The notes below the pieces were generated by a model. That model was given only the letters and a program-made list of their open reading frames with translations, was not told where the DNA came from and did no database searches. Positions 10,212 through 19,187 of a DNA stretch of 59,083 bases are shown here, one piece after another. This DNA comes from Pirellulaceae bacterium (GTDB lineage: Bacteria > Planctomycetota > Planctomycetia > Pirellulales > Pirellulaceae). A program made the translations under genes and the position numbers. The stretch lies in NCBI GenBank assembly GCA_046583055.1, contig JAYGDH010000497.1, positions 1-59,083 on the forward strand, in the 5' to 3' direction. Every line of letters begins with the position of its first letter. Position 1 is the stretch's first letter.

Positions 10212-11054
10212 ATGCGTTCGATAGCCGTTCTTAATCAAAAGGGAGGCGTGGGTAAAACGACCACCGCAGTGAACCTGGCTGCCGCCCTGGCGGAACGTGG
10301 TGAACGCGTGTGCTTGCTTGATCTGGATCCCCAGGCTCATGCCTCGCTTCACCTGGGCCTCGCCCTGGCGGATGATGATCGATCGATCTATGACGTGCTG
10401 ACCGGGAGCGCGCAAGTGGCGGAAATCTGCCAACTGATCAGTCCGAACTTGTGGCTGGTTCCCTCACATCTGAACCTGGCTGCCGCGGAAATGGAGTTGG
10501 CCAACGAGGTGGGCCGCGAACTTATCCTGCGAGATCAACTCGCCTCGGAAACCGATCGTTTCGACTACCTGATTATTGATTGTCCTCCCTCCCTGGGTGT
10601 TCTGACGATCAACGCGCTGGCGGCAGTCCAGGAGGTATTCTTGCCACTGCAACCGCATTTCCTGGCCTTGCATGGTCTGAGTAAATTACTGCGCACGATT
10701 GATGTGGTGTCCCAGCGACTCAATGACACGTTACGGTTGACTGGCGTGGTGCTCTGCATGTACGACTCGGGAACCCGCTTGGCGGGTGAAGTGACGGGGG
10801 ACGTGGAACAGTTTTTTGCCAGCCAGACGGAATCAGAAAAAGCCTGGTCGGATGCCTGCACGTTTACCACGCGCATTCGTCGCAATATTCGCTTGGCCGA
10901 GGCCCCCAGTTTCGGGCAGTCGATTTTGCAGTATTCCGCTAAATCGCCGGGTGCCGAGGATTACCGTGCGCTGGCCGAGGAAGTGCACTACCAGTCCTGT
11001 CAGCATGACGACATATTACGGGTTGAAAATGCAAAACCCTCGCTGGGCTCGTAA
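10212..11054 (+). CDS. ParA/Soj-family P-loop ATPase (no adjacent parB)
   Basis: Deviant Walker A motif NQKGGVGKTTT, then LLDLDPQ and IIDCPPSLG. AAGGAG lies 10 nt upstream of the ATG at 10212. Confidence 0.9.
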   Translation: MRSIAVLNQKGGVGKTTTAVNLAAALAERGERVCLLDLDPQAHASLHLGLALADDDRSIYDVLTGSAQVAEICQLISPNLWLVPSHLNLAAAEMELANEVGRELILRDQLASETDRFDYLIIDCPPSLGVLTINALAAVQEVFLPLQPHFLALHGLSKLLRTIDVVSQRLNDTLRLTGVVLCMYDSGTRLAGEVTGDVEQFFASQTESEKAWSDACTFTTRIRRNIRLAEAPSFGQSILQYSAKSPGAEDYRALAEEVHYQSCQHDDILRVENAKPSLGS

Positions 11055-11104
11055 AGTCACGCGATCGGGAAGGAATCCTGGCGTCTGCTAGCAACCTTGC
11101 TGCC

Positions 11105-11121
11105 AGGGGCCCGTAGGGCCC
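11105..11121 (+). terminator. GC-rich hairpin downstream of the ParA-like gene (ggggccc-gta-gggcccc), no U-tract
   Basis: Perfect 7-bp GC stem with a 3-nt loop, 50 nt after the stop. There is no adjacent T-run, so terminator function is uncertain. Confidence 0.3.
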
Positions 11122-11337
11122 CACAAAGTGCCTTGTTTTGAGCGATTAAATGGGTCTGGTTGCGTTTGCACCCGTTTGCTACGCGGGACCGATTTTGCTG
11201 GTTTTGCGGAATATGCAAGGAAAAAGCCAAGATCGTTTCTTCTCTTGGTCGATTTCCAAGGTAACTCCTTGCGCTATTTTTGTAGAAACACGAATCCCAG
11301 GACGGACGGGCCATCAAGAGCCCTCAAGGTGAAAATC

Positions 11338-12639
11338 ATGTTGCAGCGATCTTTGGTAGTAGCGGTGATCAGCTACCTTTGGTGTGGTCTGGCCACGCTG
11401 AGTTGGGCTCAGCTTCCAGGAGAGTTGGGTGCCACGTACCTGGCAGAGAATCGTCCAGGGCCGGGCGTGGTCCATTCGGTCTTGCCGCCACCCGTGCTGG
11501 AGCAGTCAGGCGTGTTAAAGCAGTCAGGCCCGCTGCTACGGGAGAACTTTCCCGTGGTAGCGCCGTTACCGGCTACGGAGAATATATCGTTGTTGCTGGC
11601 TGGCCATGAGGCGCAGGCAGATGCCAAGGGACATGCCGCAAAAGGGGACAAGGATAGTGCAGTCTGGTTCACGAGCATGTCGGGCCTGGTGATGACACGA
11701 GACCGTGCCAATAACGTTGATTTGTCATTTAGTACGGAATTACTGACCCCCACGCTGTTGAGTACGCACGACGCTTCCATGGAATGGGGTGGTGGTTTCG
11801 ATATTCGGTTTGGACGCTTTTTCAATAATCGTCAACGGGCCTGGGAAGTGGTTTACTGGGGTTTGTTTGCGGACGCCGAGACTGCCAGTGTGGTCGATCC
11901 TGGTGCAGCGGATTTGAATACGACATTCCAATTTGATTCACTTTCATACAATGGCCTGGCGAACCCGGTGACGGGTTTCTTTAACGGTGCCGCTCGCCAC
12001 CAACTGGTTCGTGACCATGAATTTCATAACATCGAAGTGAACTTATGGGGTAACACCAACGGCCTCAAGAAGGCTGACGGCTTGCAGGTCGGCTGGCTGG
12101 CCGGGATCCGGTTTTTTCGCTTTCGCGACAGTCTCAAGTTCATGAGTGACAGCAGTGATGGTGTTTTCACGGGAGCTGTTGACGAGGTTACCTATTCCAT
12201 GGATACGCAAAATCGCCTGCTGGGTGTCCAGCTGGGTGGCCTGGCCCAGCACGGTGTATCCGATCGCTGGAGTCTCCATGGTGGTATCAAGGTCGGGTTA
12301 TTTGGCAACCACCTGACCAACAGCAGCCAGATAGGCGGTGCCGCGGGTAGTGCCTTCGTGGATGATATCACCAACCCGTTCGATCAGCATCACTACCGTC
12401 TTCACAACCACAAGGATGATGTGGCCATGCTGGGCGAAATTGAGCTGGGAGCAACCTTCCAGATCCGTGAGCACTGGCGAGCGTTCCTGGGCTATCGTGC
12501 GGCTGCCCTGACCGGAGTGGGGCTCTCGACCAACCAGTTTCCCAGCGACTTTTCAAACCTGACTGAAGCGGCTGAGATTCGCAGCAACGGGAGCCTCATC
12601 CTGCATGGTGGCTACGCTGGAATCGAATTACTCTACTAG
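11338..12639 (+). CDS. BBP7-family outer-membrane beta-barrel protein
   Basis: The start at ATG 11338 gives a signal peptide (MLQRSLVVAVISYLWCGLATLSWAQ). The sequence is Gly/aromatic-rich with alternating beta-strand character and ends in an aromatic residue (..GIELLY), the pattern typical of planctomycetal BBP7 proteins. Confidence 0.7.
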   Translation: MLQRSLVVAVISYLWCGLATLSWAQLPGELGATYLAENRPGPGVVHSVLPPPVLEQSGVLKQSGPLLRENFPVVAPLPATENISLLLAGHEAQADAKGHAAKGDKDSAVWFTSMSGLVMTRDRANNVDLSFSTELLTPTLLSTHDASMEWGGGFDIRFGRFFNNRQRAWEVVYWGLFADAETASVVDPGAADLNTTFQFDSLSYNGLANPVTGFFNGAARHQLVRDHEFHNIEVNLWGNTNGLKKADGLQVGWLAGIRFFRFRDSLKFMSDSSDGVFTGAVDEVTYSMDTQNRLLGVQLGGLAQHGVSDRWSLHGGIKVGLFGNHLTNSSQIGGAAGSAFVDDITNPFDQHHYRLHNHKDDVAMLGEIELGATFQIREHWRAFLGYRAAALTGVGLSTNQFPSDFSNLTEAAEIRSNGSLILHGGYAGIELLY

Positions 12640-12670
12640 GCCTACCCGGTAGGCCTACCCGGTAGGGTCT
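12637..12670. repeat. 13-bp tandem repeat (taggcctacccgg x2 plus a partial copy) that is self-complementary; possible bidirectional terminator between convergent genes
   Basis: Read directly from the sequence. ggcctacc/ggtaggcc arms allow several alternative hairpins. It sits in the 42-bp gap between the convergent stops at 12639 and 12682. Confidence 0.4.
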
Positions 12671-12681
12671 GCACGGTGGTC

Positions 12682-13560
12682 CTAGGTAGGTAACTGGTTA
12701 CCATCCGGGGTCAAGACGAGTGTCTTGAGAGCTTCCAGGCTGGCCACCAGGTTTTCAGGTGAGATCTTTTCCCACTTGTCCGCCTTGTGATGAAGGATGG
12801 CCAGTTTGAAGGCTTCAAAGGCGTCGGCCACGTTTTCCGGAAGTTCTGGCAGTTGATCGAACGGTCTTACCGTGGGAGCGCTGGGAGTTACCTGGGCAGC
12901 GGATTTGGTTGTTTCAGCCTCGTTCTCGTTCTTGCTGGAGGACTCAGGTTGAATTTCATCAGTCGAGCCGAAATCGGGTCCCTCGGGTCGTGGTCCCTGG
13001 GCTTCCTCGTAAGAGGCGGATAGTCGGGGTGGAATCGTCTCGTCTTTAGTTACGTTATGATCTTCATCGATATGTGCATGAATGATATCGTGATCGTCGG
13101 GAAATTCTTCCGGGCTGCCACCCAGTGCCTCGTGCCGTTGCTGTCGCATTTGTGATATCGACCACGTGTTCTGGACGGCTCCTTCCAGCCACATCTCGGC
13201 ATCATCCCATTCGACAACTGCCTGAAAATGGCTCCAGAAAAGACCCTTGTACTTAGGGAAGACGCCACCAAAACGGAGTGCCACGCGCCGCAGTCGACCC
13301 ACGTGCTGTCCACTGACCGCCTTCACTCGCTGTGACCAGGCTTCATCCGAATATTCCGTGGCGGGGGAACCGGCAGCGATGAGCGTTTCTCGCCATTGTT
13401 GAATGATCCGGCCCTTTTCCCAGTTAGTACGGCTGACCAGTCGTTCCCAGCGACCCACGAACGCCATGGACTTGCGATCCACGACTTGCTGGTCGGCGGT
13501 TTCCACGGTTATTGTCGAAGCGTTATCAGCCATTCTTGCACTATTCCTTATCCGGTTCAT
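12682..13560 (-). CDS. hypothetical protein (292 aa) with a structured N-terminal half and an acidic low-complexity linker
   Basis: Long ORF with gene-like composition. An alternative ATG 9 codons downstream (13531-13533) has AAGGA upstream. I recognise no domain. Confidence 0.65.
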   Translation of the reverse strand: MNRIRNSARMADNASTITVETADQQVVDRKSMAFVGRWERLVSRTNWEKGRIIQQWRETLIAAGSPATEYSDEAWSQRVKAVSGQHVGRLRRVALRFGGVFPKYKGLFWSHFQAVVEWDDAEMWLEGAVQNTWSISQMRQQRHEALGGSPEEFPDDHDIIHAHIDEDHNVTKDETIPPRLSASYEEAQGPRPEGPDFGSTDEIQPESSSKNENEAETTKSAAQVTPSAPTVRPFDQLPELPENVADAFEAFKLAILHHKADKWEKISPENLVASLEALKTLVLTPDGNQLPT

Positions 13561-13786
13561 GACCGGTTAGATTTGAAACCAACGGCTGTATCATCCAGCG
13601 GGGACGATCCAGCGAGTCACCTAAGGTAACAGCGCTGCGACAAAGAAAAAGAGAACCCCGGGAGTTTTAGAAAAGCACTTTCTGGACAAGCGATCCGCAG
13701 CCTGATGACCTGTCGGAGCAGTGGGGAAAAGATGTCGATAAGCGAACCCAGGCGGTTATCGCTGCGGTGGGAAGCCTGGGAACAGG

Positions 13787-15226
13787 CTATTTCGGAGATT
13801 TTGGTTTCTTGACAGGTGTGTCGGGCTGATCGCTTACGGTCCTGGCTGGGCTGGAATGAGCGCTTACGATCAGGACGATGCGCAACATGGACGGTGCCAG
13901 GTCCTGGCGTTCTTGCTGGGCCTGTGATGTGACCGTTGCGGCCAGGAAGCGAGCCTCTTTCTTGGCCTGGTCCAGTTGTTCGTCGGCACTTTGGGACGGT
14001 TCGTTTTTATCGGCCTTGCCTTTCAGTTTTTCCTCCGGTCGCTGGCCACGTTGTCCGCCAGGTTTGTCGGCAAGGGGTAAAGCTAACCTGGGATCTGAAT
14101 CTTTCTTACCCGGTGCCTTGAGGCTCTCCTTGGTCAACAGGTTCACGCCGGGACGGGGGGCTCGTTGTACCTGGTGATGATCCGAGAGGTTCCGGACCAG
14201 TTCATCCAATGTTTCCTGAGTGGCCTCGAGGGTGATCACCCGATAAGAACCGTCTCGCTTGCTGCGCCGCGCTACTTCGGTATCGCGGTTCTTTTTCTCG
14301 CCGCTCTCCTCGGCTTCCTTGTCCTGTGGTAGCTGCGACTTCTTGCCGTCACGCTCTCTGAGACCGGCGGCCGCTGGAGCATCGTCCAGCGACCTGGTGG
14401 CTTGACCGCGAAAACCAGCGGAGGCCACGGGATCGTAATTAAATGCCAGTTGCTGTTCAACCAGGGTTCGCAGCACAGCCTGTTGCTCGTAGTCTTCCTG
14501 GGAGATGTTGATATAGATAACGGTTTCCCGGGGCGTCACTGTTTTCTGATTTGTGGACAAAATCTCGTTTGCTGGAGCCGGTGGTGATCCAAAAGAAGCG
14601 GCCTCACTCCTTTTACGAGCGTTGGCTGGCTGGGCCTGGTTTTTTCCTGGGGAGCCTGCCGTGTCAGCCTCGGCAGCTGGGGCGCGAGCGCCGCCGGCCA
14701 TTTGTGCGGATTCCTCTTCTCCCTCAAGACCGAGGGTTTCCGTTGATTCCTCTCCAGGCATGGTCGAGGCGGGAGGAGTGGAGGATGCCTTCTGATCGTT
14801 GTTGGCATCGGTGACTTGGTATACGTCCTGGTTACCTTGACGAAACAGCAGTGCGAGCACCAGGGTGGCAGCAAGAGCCGTGGTGGCCCAGATCAGGTGT
14901 TTCAGGTTTGCTGGCTGGTTTAACCTGGCGCCTGGATTGGCGATCTGGACGGCAGCGGTTTTAGTACCGTCGGAAGTACCGGGTGTTTCCGATGTTCCAG
15001 TCAAGATAGCTCGTTCGGCGCGGCGCAGGATCTGCTGCGTGTAGTCCTGGCTCGGTTCACTGCGGGGGATTGCCTGCAGCTGATCGTGAAGTGCCTGCAG
15101 GTCTTCCAGCAATTGCTGGCTTTGCGGATCTTCCAGCAGGGCCTGCTCGACGCGGGCTTGCTCATCGCTGGTGAGTTCACCATCTATGTAAGCACTAATC
15201 AGTTCTTCAGGTATTTTGTCATTCAT
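13787..15226 (-). CDS. anti-sigma factor (single-pass) with a long charged/low-complexity extracytoplasmic region
   Basis: The N-terminus EELISAYIDGELTSDEQARVEQALLEDP is typical of anti-sigma N-domains. It has a TM segment (LIWATTALAATLVLALLF). The start lies 3 nt after the stop of the ECF sigma gene. Confidence 0.75.
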   Translation of the reverse strand: MNDKIPEELISAYIDGELTSDEQARVEQALLEDPQSQQLLEDLQALHDQLQAIPRSEPSQDYTQQILRRAERAILTGTSETPGTSDGTKTAAVQIANPGARLNQPANLKHLIWATTALAATLVLALLFRQGNQDVYQVTDANNDQKASSTPPASTMPGEESTETLGLEGEEESAQMAGGARAPAAEADTAGSPGKNQAQPANARKRSEAASFGSPPAPANEILSTNQKTVTPRETVIYINISQEDYEQQAVLRTLVEQQLAFNYDPVASAGFRGQATRSLDDAPAAAGLRERDGKKSQLPQDKEAEESGEKKNRDTEVARRSKRDGSYRVITLEATQETLDELVRNLSDHHQVQRAPRPGVNLLTKESLKAPGKKDSDPRLALPLADKPGGQRGQRPEEKLKGKADKNEPSQSADEQLDQAKKEARFLAATVTSQAQQERQDLAPSMLRIVLIVSAHSSPARTVSDQPDTPVKKPKSPK

Positions 15227-15229
15227 GGT

Positions 15230-15793
15230 TCAGGAAGAATTCTCATGTAAAATGGCTTTTAACTGTTCGTGTAACTGCATCCGGGCGCGATGCAACCTGC
15301 TGCGTACCGTTCCGGCGGGCAGGTCGAGTATCTCGCCAATTGTTTCGTAGCAGAAGCCTTCCATTTCGCGCAACGTAAGAACGGCTCGGTGCTCGGCATG
15401 CAAGGCTGTCATGGCCCGATGGAGCTGGTCAGCTCGTTCTGCACGCAGCAGTCGATCTTCCGGTAGTTCACCGATATCTATCGGTTCCGTGCCGGCGATC
15501 TCCCGCTGGTGATCAACGGAGGATTCTGGTTTCTTTTTTCGTTTGCGACTGATCGAAATGTTGAAAGCAATGCGATACAGCCATGTGTAAAAGGCGCTGT
15601 TGCCCCGGAAGGAGTCCAGTTTTACGAAGGCCTTTACAAAGGCCTCCTGCAGAACATCTTCCGCTTCTTCGCGACTGCGCGTGACGTGCAAGAACGTGTT
15701 GAAGAGGCGGCCCTGGTATTTAAGGACCAACGCTCCAAAAGCGTCGCTATTGCCAGCCAGCGTGTCGCTGATTAACTGTGCGTCGTCTCTCAC
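15230..15793 (-). CDS. RNA polymerase ECF-type sigma-70 factor
   Basis: Sigma-70 region 2 (AEDVLQEAFVKAF.., FYTWLYRIAFN) and region 4 (LTLREMEGFCYETIGEILDLPAGTVRSRLHRAR). GTG start with GGAG upstream. Confidence 0.9.
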   Translation of the reverse strand: MRDDAQLISDTLAGNSDAFGALVLKYQGRLFNTFLHVTRSREEAEDVLQEAFVKAFVKLDSFRGNSAFYTWLYRIAFNISISRKRKKKPESSVDHQREIAGTEPIDIGELPEDRLLRAERADQLHRAMTALHAEHRAVLTLREMEGFCYETIGEILDLPAGTVRSRLHRARMQLHEQLKAILHENSS

Positions 15794-15811
15794 ACCTGCT
15801 CCAGAATACTC

Positions 15812-15838
15812 AGACGCCTAACGGCAGAAAATAGTTCC
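15812..15838 (-). promoter_or_regulatory. candidate ECF-type autoregulated promoter (GGAAC-N17-CGTC)
   Basis: The minus strand reads GGGAACTATTTTCTGCCGTTAGGCGTCTG. The element ends 18 nt upstream of the sigma GTG, leaving a short leader that contains GGAG. Confidence 0.35.
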
Positions 15839-15974
15839 CGGCTTGCCATGAAGTTACAGTAAAAACACCTTAAAAGTATCTTCGCGTGCCGAGTAAATGA
15901 TGTCAAATCTTTGCCACAAAATAACTTAGAACCTGTCGTGCCGGCTGTCAAAAACCACGGAAACAACAATCGCT

Positions 15975-17261
15975 TTACCCCGATTGCGGTGCTGGCAGTG
16001 CCAGTTCAGCCGGGCGACTTAAGATCCTTGCCCACAGCAATCCGGCCACGATTAACATCAAGATACTAACCCATTGTGCGATGGTGAGCCCGGTACCCCA
16101 CTGATCCGGTTCGTCACTGCGGATAATTTCCAGCAGGAAGCGGGTGAGCGGGTAGACCGTGAACATGCCGGCGACCAGTTCACCATCACGTCGGCGCGCC
16201 GGGTACCATGACCAGGCCAGCAGGGCGATCAGGGCAGCATTGATACTGCTGAATAACTGCGTGGGAACGACACCCAGGGATTTTTCGGGGAGCTGGTTGA
16301 GTGTCCAGTGGACAACTGCTTTTTGATCCCGCGCCAGGGTCACGGCGATCCTGGTGTCAGATCGTGTCGGGGAACGCAATTGTTCGCCTGACAAGCTGTC
16401 CAACCGATGGATCTGATCACCCACCACGACTCCCTTCTGCGCGGCCAGGCTGCCAGGGACGACACCTGATACCGTCCGGGTCGATTGCGTTTCATCACGG
16501 CTGACTACCATGCCCAGCAGTCGACCATTGTTGAGTTGTTCCATGTAGGCCGGGGCACCCCGGGGAAAATGAATGCAGCTGAAATCATCTTCACAGATGC
16601 CGCCCCAGCAGCAGCCATTGAGGAGGCAGCCGATGCGCCCGAAAGCCAATCCGAGCGCCAGTCCGGGTACGAATACATCCAGCGTGGCAAGCTTTGGTAA
16701 CCGATGCCGTTGGATAATTAGCAGGAAGGCCAGCATGCCACCGATCAGTGAACCATAGACTACCAGGCCCCCCTCCGTGAATTTCAAGACATTGCTGATC
16801 AGCGTGGTCCAGGCGGGGGGATGCAACGGGTCATAATAATCGTGCCAGTACTGGACCACGAAAAACAATCGCGCGCCAATGATACCCAGTACGAAACACC
16901 AGAAGGACATGGAAAAGATAATGTCGGGATGCAGCCCCGCTCGGCGGGCCAGTTGCTGGGTTAGTCCCACTCCCGAAACGACGGCGATCAGGAACATGAC
17001 GCCGTAGCCGCGAATGGCAAGACCTAGCGGATTTCCCTGGGTATCAGTGGCTTCGAGCCACGGCAACATCCAGGTGATGGCGGCTGCCCCAAAAGCGATC
17101 ATCGGCAGGTAACTCAAGGTGTCGCGATTCCATCCCTGGCGGCGTCCTAGCCAGGCAACCGTACCCGTGCCCCAGAGGAGCCAGATGATCAGCAACCATC
17201 CACAGCCGAAGACCGGGATGCCAAGAATCTCGTGGGGAATGACTAGCAGGGTTTGTTTCAT
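15975..17261 (-). CDS. lgt: prolipoprotein diacylglyceryl transferase with a ~110-aa periplasmic insertion containing a PDZ-like segment
   Basis: Lgt motifs are GRIGCLLNGCCWG, VPTQLFSS and YPLTRFLLEIIRSDE. At 428 aa it is well over the ~290 aa of the E. coli enzyme. Confidence 0.9.
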   Translation of the reverse strand: MKQTLLVIPHEILGIPVFGCGWLLIIWLLWGTGTVAWLGRRQGWNRDTLSYLPMIAFGAAAITWMLPWLEATDTQGNPLGLAIRGYGVMFLIAVVSGVGLTQQLARRAGLHPDIIFSMSFWCFVLGIIGARLFFVVQYWHDYYDPLHPPAWTTLISNVLKFTEGGLVVYGSLIGGMLAFLLIIQRHRLPKLATLDVFVPGLALGLAFGRIGCLLNGCCWGGICEDDFSCIHFPRGAPAYMEQLNNGRLLGMVVSRDETQSTRTVSGVVPGSLAAQKGVVVGDQIHRLDSLSGEQLRSPTRSDTRIAVTLARDQKAVVHWTLNQLPEKSLGVVPTQLFSSINAALIALLAWSWYPARRRDGELVAGMFTVYPLTRFLLEIIRSDEPDQWGTGLTIAQWVSILMLIVAGLLWARILSRPAELALPAPQSG

Positions 17262-17270
17262 AGTGACTTG

Positions 17271-18131
17271 TTAATCGGGTACCAGGCGACAGTTATCGAT
17301 CAAGCGCACGTTTCCGAGATGAGCTGCCAACAGTAGCATGGCCGGTTCATCTACCTGTTCCACTTCGACCAGCGTGGCAGGATCCACGATGGCAACATAG
17401 TCAACGTCTTCTACGCCCGCTTCCCGTAATTGTTCTCGGATACCTTTCGTTAAGGATCGGGCCGATCGCTCTGCTTCGTCCACGCGTTGCTGTGCCCACC
17501 GCAGACACCTCGACAGGACCGCGGCCTGCTTGCGCTGGTCGGGATCCAGGTATTGATTGCGGGAACTTAGGGCCAGGCCGTCCTCGTTGCGCACGATCGG
17601 GCAAATCTCGATCTCGATTGGGAAATTCAAATCGCTGACCAACTGCTGGATCACCATGGCCTGTTGATAATCTTTTTGACCAAGAAAAGCCACGTCAGCC
17701 GGTATGATGTTGAAGAGCTTACTGACCACGGTCACCACCCCGCTAAAATGGTGGGGCCGGTAAGCACCTTCCCAGGGTTGTGCAGCTGCGGGAGGGTCGA
17801 CCCGGGTGGAAAAACCTGCTGGATAAATCTCCTTTTCGGCGGGGGCAAAGACCAGGTCGACATCCAGTTGAGCCAGCTGAGCGAGATCGTTTTCCAACAC
17901 CCGAGGGTACTCATCCATATCCTCCCCGGGTTCAAATTGAGCCGGGTTGACGAAGATTGTAACGACAACGAAATCACACTGTTCGCGGGCAGCCGCCACC
18001 AGGCTGAGGTGACCGTCGTGCAGGGCACCCATCGTGGGAACCAGGCCGACGCGTTGCCGCTTGGCGCGCAGTTGCAGGATGGTTTCCTGGATCTGTTGAC
18101 ACGATCTGACAAGTAGCGGTTGTTTACTCAT
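17271..18131 (-). CDS. panC: pantoate--beta-alanine ligase
   Basis: Contains VPTMGALHDGHLSL and FVNPAQF. The track start is GTG at 18149; the ATG at 18131 (MSKQPLL) gives a more typical N-terminal length. Stop lies 9 nt before the lgt start. Confidence 0.9.
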   Translation of the reverse strand: MSKQPLLVRSCQQIQETILQLRAKRQRVGLVPTMGALHDGHLSLVAAAREQCDFVVVTIFVNPAQFEPGEDMDEYPRVLENDLAQLAQLDVDLVFAPAEKEIYPAGFSTRVDPPAAAQPWEGAYRPHHFSGVVTVVSKLFNIIPADVAFLGQKDYQQAMVIQQLVSDLNFPIEIEICPIVRNEDGLALSSRNQYLDPDQRKQAAVLSRCLRWAQQRVDEAERSARSLTKGIREQLREAGVEDVDYVAIVDPATLVEVEQVDEPAMLLLAAHLGNVRLIDNCRLVPD

Positions 18132-18178
18132 TTCAGTTACCTTGGGCACAGCCCGGGTTGATTCGGTTCAGGGTCAGT

Positions 18179-19129
18179 TTACCGCATTGACTGCACCGCT
18201 GCCTCTACTTCCTGCAGAAGTACCTCGGGATCAGCAGTGGTCAGGTGCAGCAGGGGACCCTGCTGGGGTTGAAGAGCCATCTCCCTGAGATGCCGCTGAA
18301 GCCCCTCCGGGCCGGCAAGAGCGACATCAATCAAGATCCGCAACTTGGGATGGACGGCCTTTGAAAGCGCTTGCTGAGCGCCGGCCGTCAAGGGTCGAGT
18401 CGTTTCCTTATCATGATGGTGTGCAAGGTAGGCGACGCTCTGCGGTAACCAAAAATCGCTGACAGCAAAGTCACCGGGTGCGGTCGTGTCGAACCTGGCC
18501 AGGATCGCGATTCGTTGTTCGATGAGCTTCATCTCGTTTTCATTGGTTGTCACGTCCGGGGCGGCTGGCGTGAGCAACGGTTGACCCGCGAGACGTTCTG
18601 TTACGCGGCTTGCCACGCTTGTTTTTCCAGAGCCAGGTGGACCAACTAGTGCCACGTAATTTGCGGCGCTCTGCAGGTGCTCTAATAATTGCTGAATGGT
18701 CCAGCCATTTTGTGGATGGACGAGGGCGGCGGCAATTTCCGCTGCTGGCTCCAGGACGAAACGTCGAAATGACATGTGGGAGTGGGGCACCTGCAGGTTG
18801 TCCTCGTTGAGAATCAACGAGTCGTACAACAGCAGGTCCAGGTCGATGGTTCGTTGGCTCCAGCGCTCGACACGTTCTCTGCCCAGCTCAGTTTCCACGT
18901 CTTGCAGCAGCTTCAATAATTGCCGTGGAGACAGGGTCGTGTTGATGAGCAGTGCAGCATTAAGAAAATCATCCTGTCCAGGAGGGCCCCCGACCGGTTT
19001 TGTCTGGTAGGGATGACTGCACGCTGTTACCTCGACCAGGGGATGTTCTGATAGTCGGTGGACGGTGCGGTCCAGGGAGTCAGTACGATTACCCAGGTTG
19101 GCGCCGAATGCGATGAGTGATGTAGCCAT
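18179..19129 (-). CDS. folK: HPPK (2-amino-4-hydroxy-6-hydroxymethyldihydropteridine diphosphokinase) fused to a C-terminal deoxynucleoside-kinase-like P-loop domain
   Basis: The N-terminal ~140 aa are FolK-like (IAFGANLG.., FLNAALLINT, RTIDLDLLLYD). The C-terminal ~160 aa carry Walker A LVGPPGSGKT and a dNK-like layout (SDFWLPQSVAY, PKLRILID). Confidence 0.85.
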   Translation of the reverse strand: MATSLIAFGANLGNRTDSLDRTVHRLSEHPLVEVTACSHPYQTKPVGGPPGQDDFLNAALLINTTLSPRQLLKLLQDVETELGRERVERWSQRTIDLDLLLYDSLILNEDNLQVPHSHMSFRRFVLEPAAEIAAALVHPQNGWTIQQLLEHLQSAANYVALVGPPGSGKTSVASRVTERLAGQPLLTPAAPDVTTNENEMKLIEQRIAILARFDTTAPGDFAVSDFWLPQSVAYLAHHHDKETTRPLTAGAQQALSKAVHPKLRILIDVALAGPEGLQRHLREMALQPQQGPLLHLTTADPEVLLQEVEAAVQSMR

Positions 19130-19144
19130 GGTTTATAAGAGCGC

Positions 19145-19187
19145 AAAAAAAAGGCGGTCAAGAACAAAGTAATTTTGTCTTGCCGCC
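19145..19187 (-). terminator. intrinsic-terminator-like hairpin plus U8 on the minus strand, immediately upstream of the folK start
   Basis: The minus strand reads GGCGGCAAGAC-AAAATTACTTT-GTTCTTGACCGCC-TTTTTTTT, about a 10-bp stem with one bulge. The T-run ends about 15 nt before the folK ATG. No minus-strand CDS lies upstream of it. Confidence 0.55.

Noticed and set aside
11128-11337. N-terminal extensions of track ORFs (also 8295-8444, 10167-10211, 45123-45263)
   Set aside because: In each case an internal start yields a signal peptide or TM segment, or the canonical family N-terminus with a better SD. The extensions look non-coding.
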